The notes: generated by a model from the letters alone, not told the origin. DNA of 64,000 nucleotides from Acidobacteriota bacterium (GCA_040752675.1 JBFMGF010000061.1:2105-66104), one strand, 5' to 3'. Counted from the first letter of the stretch, positions 9,754 to 16,625 are shown. A program made the numbers and translations.

Positions 9754-10107
9754 CTAAAGCTTTTTATATTGCCATAAGATAATTTCATTCTCATCTGGAT
9801 CATAGCAAGGCACAAGAAAACCATTTGCTACTTCATGCAAATCAGCAGTGTGAACTCCTTTTATTTTTAGATGGTCAATTGCATCTTGAATATCGTCTAC
9901 CTTGAGGCATAATCTTGCGTTGCCATACCCTCCTATTTTTGATTTGTCGCTGCACGGAACAAGTTCAAATAAGACACCATCTGCATCAAAGCGTGCAATG
10001 ATATCTCTAGAGATCAGTCGAAAGCCAAGAACATTTTTATAAAAAGAGATTGATTTCTCGATGTCGCTGACATAGTAAAAGATGCAGTCGAATTTAAATT
10101 GTATCAA
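9754..10107 (-). CDS. VOC/glyoxalase-bleomycin resistance family protein (cassette cargo)
   Basis: 117 aa: FYYVSDIEKSISFYKNVLGFRLIS...LVPCYDPDENEIILWQ, a typical beta-alpha-beta-beta-beta VOC pattern. AT-rich gene. Confidence 0.8.
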   Translation of the reverse strand: MIQFKFDCIFYYVSDIEKSISFYKNVLGFRLISRDIIARFDADGVLFELVPCSDKSKIGGYGNARLCLKVDDIQDAIDHLKIKGVHTADLHEVANGFLVPCYDPDENEIILWQYKKL

Positions 10108-10154
10108 TTGAACGGCTCTTTCCTTTCCAGGCCTTACTTCAATGCTTTCTAAGC

Positions 10155-10242
10155 GTCTAACACTGGCACTCAGCGGCCGGCGCGGCTGTTGCTTTGCAAG
10201 AGCCGTGACGCCGAAGCTGTCAGCTTAAGCGAGTAGTTAAGC
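10155..10242 (-). repeat. attC-like structured recombination-site candidate (copy A, 88 nt)
   Basis: Minus strand reads GCTTAAC-TACTC-GCTTAAG-[TGAC(A)GC TTCG GCGTCA hairpin; GGCTCTTGC AAA GCAACAGCC hairpin]-GCTGAGT-GCCAGT-GTTAGAC. This is the RYYYAAC ... GTTRRRY layout with partially complementary arms. Confidence 0.55.
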
Positions 10243-10484
10243 ATCTTGAGATTGCGTAATTCTTTTATCTTTGAAACGAATACTTCGCCCCGGATGACGA
10301 AAAGCGAGGCAAAAAATAGTATAAGGATTGGTATGACAATCATGCTTAGAATGTAAATGATATTGCTTCTAGCGATTGTGAATAAGCAAAACATCGGTAC
10401 GCCAATAAGAATTAAAACTGAAAGTCCAGTCATCAATTTCAAGGATATGCCCCATGGCGCATTAAATACAAAATCTTGATACAT
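10170..10484 (-). CDS. Small hypothetical membrane protein (about 3 TM segments)
   Basis: 104 aa, hydrophobic (LMTGLSVLILIGVPMFCLF, IIYILSMIVIPILILFFASLFVI). The last ~24 codons run into attC-like copy A, so the C-terminus may be fortuitous. Confidence 0.5.
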   Translation of the reverse strand: MYQDFVFNAPWGISLKLMTGLSVLILIGVPMFCLFTIARSNIIYILSMIVIPILILFFASLFVIRGEVFVSKIKELRNLKMLNYSLKLTASASRLLQSNSRAGR

Positions 10485-10510
10485 GGCTACTCCTCTTTTG
10501 AATCCTGTAG

Positions 10511-10770
10511 TTATGCTCTTACTCTAATTTGTTCATAAAGAAATTCTGGAGCAAAATCAGCCCCATTTTGCCAAACCAGAGTATGCAATTCGGGATCAAC
10601 TCTAAAGCTTCTGAACATTTCCAAATCTTTCAAAGGCTCGAAGATAGGACCTTTTAATTCATCTTTTAGATTGATTTCACCTTCCGTCCCATCCGAGAAC
10701 TTGATCCAAATGGTATAGTCAGAGATATGTCTTGCTTCCTTTACACAATAGAATATTTTCTCTACTCCAC
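10511..10770 (-). pseudogene. DUF2442-like gene lacking a recognisable start codon
   Basis: My translation: ...KIFYCVKEARHISDYTIWIKFSDGTEGEINLKDELKGPIFEPLKDLEMFRSFRVDPELHTLVWQNGADFAPEFLYEQIRVRA*. No ATG/GTG/TTG lies upstream in frame (ATA sits where a start would be expected). It is absent from the ORF track. Confidence 0.5.
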
Positions 10771-10872
10771 ATGAGAGAGTGCCCGTTTTGGAAATTTGCC
10801 AGTTACAATTCCGGTTTCAATTTCATAAGTGATTTCATAATCACCGTATATAGCGTGAAAATGCGGTGGCAT
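10762..10872 (-). pseudogene. DUF4160-like gene fragment (N-terminally truncated, premature TAG)
   Basis: My translation: (NRDH)MPPHFHAIYGDYEITYEIETGIVTGKFPKRALSHVE*. The conserved PPHFHA.Y core is present but the ~20 N-terminal residues are missing. TAG stands where this family usually has W (TGG). The fragment abuts the stop of the upstream GT2-HAD gene. Confidence 0.5.
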
Positions 10873-10893
10873 ATGATCCCTGTTCGATGATTG

Positions 10894-12327
10894 TCATTCT
10901 GCAAAGTCCAGAAGCTGTGTTAGCCGCGGTTCTTCAATTCGGTAATCGGAAATGGCTCTTAGTGTTTCATTGGTGGTGCACATGGATACCCCAATTCCCG
11001 CGATCCGCACCATGCAGATGTCGGTCTCGCTATCTCCGACGGCAACGACACTTCGGAGGTCAATGGCGTGTGTGGCCGTCGCGTGAAGGAGGGCGTTGCT
11101 CTTGCAAAAGTTGTGATTACAGAGGCTGGCGTTGGACCGACAGAAATAGGAGGGGACTTTGACTTCCCCGGTTGCGACGCTTTGCGAGAACTCAAGCTCG
11201 TTTGACATTACGAAGTCAGCGTTGATCTTGGTCTTGATGTGGCTCGCAATACAATCGTAGCTGTCGGTAATAATGCCGATAACATAGCCTCTTTGTTTCA
11301 GAACGTCAGTCACTTGCAGCACGTCCTCGACAAGGGGAATGCGGTCTGCAGCAGAGAGCAGTTCCGCAATATTCTTGCCCTGAAGCAATTTGGCGATGTG
11401 TTTGGTTACCAGAAAGGAATCCTGGTTCTTGGCAATAATGTTGATGAGGTCCTGACGGAATCCGAAGAGCTGCGCGGCGAATTCGATAAAACGGCCTCGA
11501 AGAAGCGTATTGTCCATATCAAAGACAACCATCTTGCGAAGATATCTAGCGCTGTTGCGGATTGCATCATCCATGTAGTCACGAATGATTGATATGGTTT
11601 CCAGATCGTCAAGACTCGTGCGCTCCAGCTTCGTAGCTCTGGCGAGTATGGCCCGGGACACCTCCTTCGACATTCGCGTCAATTGGTGCCACGGTTTCAT
11701 CTTGTGTTCAATCTGACCAATATCGACCTCGACTATCCTTGCGCCCAAAAGGTGCATGTCTATGAGAAGGGCGATGTCCACACCATAGTCATCCTCAAAA
11801 GTGACTCTCTGAAGGAATTCGCGGCGCGCAGCGACGAGACCGCCCAGCGGTTGCGCAAAGTGAGCTACGGCGGGAAACAGGAGGCTCAGCAATGGCTTTG
11901 CGACGAGTTCGGTTACCCTTCCAGCCTCACGGGAGAACTTCGCTTTCACAAAATCGGCCTCATTGCTGAGGAGCGGCTCTACAAGGATACTAACTACGTC
12001 GGGATTCAGTTTGTCCAGATCTGCGTCGAGATAGACAATGACATCCTGCGAGGAGAGAAGAAGGCCGTCACGCATGGAGGCGCCTTTGCCGATCCTTGTG
12101 CTAGTGATGACGCTCGCACCAGCCTTCTTGGCCTCGCGCACCGTATTGTCGAATGACTTGTCATCAACAACAATCACCTCCCTCACGTTGGGGTTGAACT
12201 TAGCGATCTTGACGACCGACCCGATGGTCATCTCCTCGTTGATAGCAGGTATGATTACGCTGATCATGTTTATCGGTTTACCGAACACACCGCTAAGCTG
12301 CAGCCGAGACGGCACGATGTTTGCCAC
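10894..12327 (-). CDS. Fusion protein: GT2 glycosyltransferase (glucosyl/mannosyl-3-phosphoglycerate synthase-like) plus HAD-superfamily phosphatase
   Basis: The N-terminal half has SVIIPAINEE, VIVVDDKSFDNT, GKGASMRDGL and VYLDADL. The C-terminal half has HAD motifs VVFDMDNTLL (DxDxT), GIITDS and VGDSETD. An alternative start is ATG 12267 (MISVIIPA...), because the first 20 codons overlap attC-like copy B. Confidence 0.8.
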   Translation of the reverse strand: MANIVPSRLQLSGVFGKPINMISVIIPAINEEMTIGSVVKIAKFNPNVREVIVVDDKSFDNTVREAKKAGASVITSTRIGKGASMRDGLLLSSQDVIVYLDADLDKLNPDVVSILVEPLLSNEADFVKAKFSREAGRVTELVAKPLLSLLFPAVAHFAQPLGGLVAARREFLQRVTFEDDYGVDIALLIDMHLLGARIVEVDIGQIEHKMKPWHQLTRMSKEVSRAILARATKLERTSLDDLETISIIRDYMDDAIRNSARYLRKMVVFDMDNTLLRGRFIEFAAQLFGFRQDLINIIAKNQDSFLVTKHIAKLLQGKNIAELLSAADRIPLVEDVLQVTDVLKQRGYVIGIITDSYDCIASHIKTKINADFVMSNELEFSQSVATGEVKVPSYFCRSNASLCNHNFCKSNALLHATATHAIDLRSVVAVGDSETDICMVRIAGIGVSMCTTNETLRAISDYRIEEPRLTQLLDFAE

Positions 12328-12377
12328 CGCAAACAGCGTGACGCCGAAGGTGGCAGCTTGAGCGGGTAGTTAGAAGG
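12280..12377 (-). repeat. attC-like structured recombination-site candidate (copy B, ~96 nt)
   Basis: Minus strand reads (CC)TTCTAAC-TACCC-GCTCAAGCTGC-...-GCAGCTT_AGC-GGTGT-GTTCGGT. The L''/L' stem is 10 bp with one unpaired base, which falls as an extrahelical G on the plus (bottom) strand. The R''-L'' arm is 32/37 identical to copy A. Confidence 0.6.
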
Positions 12378-12385
12378 CTTTTAAT

Positions 12386-12586
12386 TTAACCCGCTTGATA
12401 ATGGAATGAAGAAAGTTCTTCCTCAGACATCCGAGCTTTAATACCGAGAAATTCAACGCCTACAACTCGGCCATCTTTATCAAAATCAAGAATTACACCA
12501 GGACGAACTTCTTCAGATTCTATTATTGCATTTTCATCCAAACGGAAGTAAAGAGCATCTTCTTTTTTATCAACAATCAGTCTCAT
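12386..12586 (-). CDS. DUF2283-family small protein (putative antitoxin)
   Basis: 66 aa: DALYFRLDENAIIESEEVRPGVILDFDKDGRVVGVEFLG, the typical DUF2283 pattern. It lies 17 nt downstream of the DUF4258 gene. Confidence 0.75.
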   Translation of the reverse strand: MRLIVDKKEDALYFRLDENAIIESEEVRPGVILDFDKDGRVVGVEFLGIKARMSEEELSSFHYQAG

Positions 12587-12603
12587 TATTTTCCCCTCAA
12601 GCT

Positions 12604-12822
12604 TCAGTCAAAAAAAACTGTTACTGCCCTATGCGGCTGCTTCTGCGCATCAACAATAATGCGCAGCCATCTATTCCCATGTTCTTGTATCTGACAAAGA
12701 AAATGTTGTGTGCCGTCTTCGTGGCGTTCAATCTTTTGTGGTTCTTTCAATGTTCTATCAATCCATTCTTGTCGAATTGATCGTTCTTTCATCATCTTCT
12801 TGAAGTGCTTTGTAAATATCAT
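12604..12822 (-). CDS. DUF4258-family small protein (putative toxin)
   Basis: 72 aa: FTKHFKKMMKERSIRQEWIDRTLKEP...RIIVDAQKQPHRAVTVFFD. DUF4258/DUF2283 gene pairs are predicted type II TA modules. Confidence 0.7.
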   Translation of the reverse strand: MIFTKHFKKMMKERSIRQEWIDRTLKEPQKIERHEDGTQHFLCQIQEHGNRWLRIIVDAQKQPHRAVTVFFD

Positions 12823-12978
12823 TAATCATGAGCATATACCAAATTACTAATGGCATCAAGGAAAAGCATCAACAGCTCAGATTGTCCTTCTAACGTAATA
12901 GATTATATCCAGAGTGCTTTATAAAGTAAGCAAATTTTTTAGGCAAGCACAAAGCAGGAGCACTCAGGATATGATCTC

Positions 12979-13306
12979 GTTGGACGAAGCCGCTTTGCGG
13001 CAATTACTATGGGGATTGCTTGTGGAGGAAGAGAATAAGAAATTCAGTTGAAACAAGGCACGAAAAAGTATGATGTGATGATTTCTTAGAAAAGAAGCGA
13101 TAGGATCTGGATTTTGAAAGAGAATTACCCTTTGATTCTGACATGAGGGAGGTTCCTTGTGCACCGTGAGCAGACTGGGAGCATACTCCAGGCTGGAGAT
13201 GGAGGATAAGACAGCATGGAAATAGGATGGAACAGCAGAGAAGACTTTTTATTTGGAAGGAAGTTTATCTTTGAACTGAAACTGCCGCAAAGCGGCTTAG
13301 TTCAAC
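12979..13306. repeat. 328-bp non-coding segment bounded by a 24-nt imperfect inverted repeat (MITE-like)
   Basis: 12979-13002 is GTTGGACGAAGCCGCTTTGCGGCA. 13283-13306 is TGCCGCAAAGCGGCTTAGTTCAAC, and its reverse complement matches the first at 22/24. Each end contains a GCCGC-NNN-GCGGC hairpin. The right end nests in a longer hairpin (TTGAACT at 13271-13277 with AGTTCAA at 13299-13305). Confidence 0.6.
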
Positions 13307-13421
13307 ATATAGTGAACGGAACCGTTTATTCCAATAAATAGGCGAAAAATTGCTATGAAGCACTCGCCAAGATCAAGAAATTTTTGGCTTTTAATTGCCA
13401 AATTTGCGCTAATATATAAAT

Positions 13422-14342
13422 ATGAGAGAGAGTGTTCATAAGTTCATCGAGTATTTGAGGTTCGAGAGGCACTTCTCGGAAGAGACCTGCCGGAGTTACC
13501 TCTCGGACCTCGCACAGTTCGCCCGGTTCCTGGACAGCGAGTTCGATCCAGGAAAGAAGCACAAAGCTGAGGATGTTGACGTTCTGGCTGTGCGAGGTTT
13601 CGTTGGATTCCTCCATCGGACGGGAAAGAAGAAGTCATCTATCGAAAGGAAGATCGTCTCGCTCAGGTCGTTCTTCAAATTCCTCTGTCGGGAAGGAGTT
13701 CTGAACGCCAATCCGGCCGCATCGGTTACTCTTCCGAAAAAGGAGAGGCGACTTCCGAAGCATCTCTCCGTCGATGAGGTCTTCCATCTTCTCGACACGC
13801 CTGATAAGGCATCACCGCAAGGAGCAAGAGATTCGGCGATACTCGAGCTCCTATATGCAACCGGGATGCGAGTCAGCGAGCTCGTCGAGCTGAGCCTCAA
13901 CGACGTTGACATCACAGAGATGACTGTGCGCGTCATGGGAAAGGGGAAGAAGGAAAGGCTCCTTCCTTTCGGGAGCAAGGCAAGAGACACCCTGCAAAAT
14001 TACCTCCGGCTGATGAGCCCCGTTCGGGATTGGGCAAAGTCTGCCGATGCCCTCTTTCTCAGCATGCGGGGAGGAAGGCTAACGGCCCGGAGCATCAGGA
14101 GGATCATCAACATTCATATTTCCAGGGCTTCCATTGCAACGAAGATTTCTCCGCATTCCATAAGGCATTCCTTCGCCACGCATCTTCTGAACGCCGGAGC
14201 AGACTTGCGCGCCATTCAGGAGATGCTCGGTCACGCTTCCCTGTCCACGACGCAGAAGTACACGCACATGGACGCAACGAAGCTAATGGAGATCTACGAT
14301 AAGTCCCACCCGAGGGCTCGCATCCCTTCTTCTGAACGATGA
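13422..14342 (+). CDS. xerC: Tyrosine site-specific recombinase, XerC/XerD type
   Basis: 306 aa: FIEYLRFERHFSEETCRSYLSDL, ARDSAILELLYATGMRVSEL, GKGKKERLLPF, HSIRHSFATHLL and LGHASLSTTQKYTH (R-K-H-R-H-Y catalytic set). The spacing between the GKGxKER and HxxRH boxes is ~65 aa, as in Xer proteins and not IntI. Confidence 0.9.
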   Translation: MRESVHKFIEYLRFERHFSEETCRSYLSDLAQFARFLDSEFDPGKKHKAEDVDVLAVRGFVGFLHRTGKKKSSIERKIVSLRSFFKFLCREGVLNANPAASVTLPKKERRLPKHLSVDEVFHLLDTPDKASPQGARDSAILELLYATGMRVSELVELSLNDVDITEMTVRVMGKGKKERLLPFGSKARDTLQNYLRLMSPVRDWAKSADALFLSMRGGRLTARSIRRIINIHISRASIATKISPHSIRHSFATHLLNAGADLRAIQEMLGHASLSTTQKYTHMDATKLMEIYDKSHPRARIPSSER

Positions 14343-15232
14343 AGGTGCCCGTCTCTTTTGATTTAATCCTGCCGATTAGATATCATAGTGGGACCTTCTG
14401 CTGGACGACGATGAAGTCAGTTGAGATGGACAATACAAAAGACAGGCTTCTCAGAATCGCCATCGAAGCGGCAAAGAGGGGCGGTGATGTTCTGATGAAA
14501 TACTGGGAGAACGGAGAGCGTCTCGACGTCGATGAGAAGGGGAAGAACGATTACGTGACCCAGGTGGATAGGGAGGCCGAGAAAGAGATTGTCTCATTCA
14601 TTCATTCGAGCGTTCCTGACCATGACGTGGTAGCAGAGGAGTTCTCGAGAAAGAAGAGCGGTTCGCGTTACGTCTGGCTCATCGATCCTCTCGATGGAAC
14701 GACCAATTACATCCACAGGTTCCCGGTCTTCTGCGTGTCGGTCTCTCTGCTGATCGATGGTGAGATCTCGGTCGCCGCCGTCTTCGATCCTATCAGAAAC
14801 GACATTTTCCAGGCAGTGAAAGACAAGGGAGCTCACCTCAATCAGAAGAAGCTTACAGTTTCGCATCCCGGGTCGTTTGGAAGAGCCGTCCTTGCGACCG
14901 GATTTCCCTTCCGTGAGCAGCACCGCCTGGAAAACTACCTGAAAACCTTTGAGCATTTTGTTCGAACGACTTCCGGGATCAGACGTGCTGGTTCTGCCGC
15001 CATCGATCTCTGCTACACCGCGGCGGGGATTTTCGATGGGTTCTGGGAAATGGGCTTATCATCCTGGGACATTGCTGCCGGCGCCCTCCTGGTCAGAGAG
15101 GCGGGCGGCATCGTCACGGATTTTCATGAGGGAAACAGATTTCTCGAAACCGGCGATGTTGTCGCCGCTTCCCCCTTTATCCACGCCGAGCTTATGAAAG
15201 TCATCCGGGAAGCCTATCCCGACTCAGATTGA
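14339..15232 (+). CDS. suhB: Inositol monophosphatase family protein (SuhB-like)
   Basis: EEF..., WLIDPLDGTTNY and WDIAAG motifs. The likely true start is the internal MKSVEMDN or MDNTKD. Confidence 0.9.
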   Translation: MKVPVSFDLILPIRYHSGTFCWTTMKSVEMDNTKDRLLRIAIEAAKRGGDVLMKYWENGERLDVDEKGKNDYVTQVDREAEKEIVSFIHSSVPDHDVVAEEFSRKKSGSRYVWLIDPLDGTTNYIHRFPVFCVSVSLLIDGEISVAAVFDPIRNDIFQAVKDKGAHLNQKKLTVSHPGSFGRAVLATGFPFREQHRLENYLKTFEHFVRTTSGIRRAGSAAIDLCYTAAGIFDGFWEMGLSSWDIAAGALLVREAGGIVTDFHEGNRFLETGDVVAASPFIHAELMKVIREAYPDSD

Positions 15233-16246
15233 TCTTGAATGCAAAAGCATGGCGGCCAGTTTGATGGCTTCGATCATGCTGCAGGGGTCGGCTACATCTT
15301 TCCCCACAATGTCGAATGCGGTCCCGTGATCGGGAGATGTCCTCACGAATGGTAACCCTAGAGTGACGTTCACCGCTCTGAGTTTGAGAGACTTGATCGG
15401 GATGAGACCCTGGTCATGATACAGCGCGAAGACGAGGTCGAATTCTCCTTTCATCGCTCTTGCATAGATACTATCCGATGCATATGGTCCAGAAACATCG
15501 ATGTTCAGGAGTCTCAGCTCTTCTATGGCCGGGATGATCTCTTTGTTTTCTTCCTCTCCGAACAATCCTCCCTCTCCGGCATGAGGGTTCAGGGAGCAGA
15601 TCCCGATCTTGGGTTTTTCATTGAAGAGCCTCAAGTACTCTTCGGTGAGCAGCTTTGCTTTCTTGACTATCTCTTCTTTTCTGACATGACCGATGGCATC
15701 CTTCAGAGATAGATGCGTCGTTAAGAGGAAAATCTTCAGAGGATGGCTGTAAAAGAGCATGCCAACCTCTTTCACGCCGGAGAGAGAGGCCAGAAATTCC
15801 GTGTGGCCTGAATGTCTTACCCCTGCAAGTTGCAAAGATTCTTTGCAGATGGGAGCGGTGACGAGCGCGCCGATCTTCCTCTCGAGGGCAAGCTGCGCTC
15901 CGATCCTTATGTATTCACTTGCAGCCTTGCCCCCTTCTGCGGATGCCTTGCCCGTCGGAACGCCTCGAGCCGATCCTGCGACGTTATATATCAAAAATCC
16001 GTTTACCTTCTCCACATTCTTCTCTGAAGTTCCTTCCACGCTGTAAGTTTCCGGATGCCCGATCTCCCGTGCCGTCTTCCGGAGGAAGTCCCCGTCTCCG
16101 ATGAGGATGGGTGTGCAGAGGCTCTGCACTTCCAGATCATAGGCTGCCTTCAGCGAAACTTCCGGTCCGATGCCGGCAGGGTCGCCCGTGGTTATCCCTA
16201 TCTTGATTTTCATGGATGCCTCCTCTGATTCGATACGAGGCGCCAT
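15224..16246 (-). CDS. pdxA: 4-hydroxythreonine-4-phosphate dehydrogenase
   Basis: GITTGDPAGIGPEV, HSGHTEFLA, LNPHAGEGG, YHDQGLIP and VRTSPDHGTAFDI. The likely start is the internal MKIKIGIT. Confidence 0.9.
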   Translation of the reverse strand: MAPRIESEEASMKIKIGITTGDPAGIGPEVSLKAAYDLEVQSLCTPILIGDGDFLRKTAREIGHPETYSVEGTSEKNVEKVNGFLIYNVAGSARGVPTGKASAEGGKAASEYIRIGAQLALERKIGALVTAPICKESLQLAGVRHSGHTEFLASLSGVKEVGMLFYSHPLKIFLLTTHLSLKDAIGHVRKEEIVKKAKLLTEEYLRLFNEKPKIGICSLNPHAGEGGLFGEEENKEIIPAIEELRLLNIDVSGPYASDSIYARAMKGEFDLVFALYHDQGLIPIKSLKLRAVNVTLGLPFVRTSPDHGTAFDIVGKDVADPCSMIEAIKLAAMLLHSRSI

Positions 16247-16310
16247 CGTTGCGAGTTAAAAGATTCAGTCAGGAAATGGAAAGATCAGGCTAATGGACCT
16301 CTGTCTTGGG

Positions 16311-16625
16311 CTACTGTTCGTCGCCTTTGTCTTCAGCCTTGTACATGTACTTGATGTTATTTTTCAGGATGAGAAGATTGGGAGCACCTTCTCTGTTGAT
16401 CTTGATGCAGTGCTTGTCATACCACTCGATGACCCCTCTGATGATCTCGCCATCGCGCAGAACGATCACCATAGGCGTCTTAGCATTCATCTGCTTAAGG
16501 TAGTAGAAGCTCTCTGCATTGGTCTGGTCCGGCGGGCCCATCATCCTCCTCTTATCGATGGCCTTCTCAGACATTTTGACTTTGATTTCGGAAAGACTGG
16601 GCCTGATCAGTTTGCGGTTGCTCAT
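16311..16625 (-). CDS. Sm-fold (Hfq-like) small protein with N-terminal extension
   Basis: 104 aa. The segment PMVIVLRDGEIIRGVIEWYDKHCIKINREGAPNLLILKNNIKYMY resembles the Sm1/Sm2 pattern of Hfq (V.v.L.nG....G.i..fD.f.i.l......l.yKhaI). This is similarity by eye only. Confidence 0.45.
   Translation of the reverse strand: MSNRKLIRPSLSEIKVKMSEKAIDKRRMMGPPDQTNAESFYYLKQMNAKTPMVIVLRDGEIIRGVIEWYDKHCIKINREGAPNLLILKNNIKYMYKAEDKGDEQ

Noticed and set aside
12964-13164. 66-aa minus-strand ORF inside the inverted-repeat-bounded element.
   Set aside because: It has low-complexity, Ser/Phe/Asn-rich composition, no ribosome-binding site and no motif. It is probably non-coding.
13385-13421. dif-like sequence (TTTGCGCTAATATATAAATATG) just upstream of xerC.
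   Set aside because: It resembles the dif consensus only partially. It sits ~27 kb from the origin rather than at a terminus, and it is more simply the AT-rich -10 region of the xerC promoter.
13422-14342. Calling the tyrosine recombinase an integron integrase (IntI).
   Set aside because: Its length (306 aa) and the ~65-aa spacing between GKGxKER and HxxRH match XerC/XerD. The IntI-specific additional domain is absent. dprA-topA-xerC is a known housekeeping neighbourhood.
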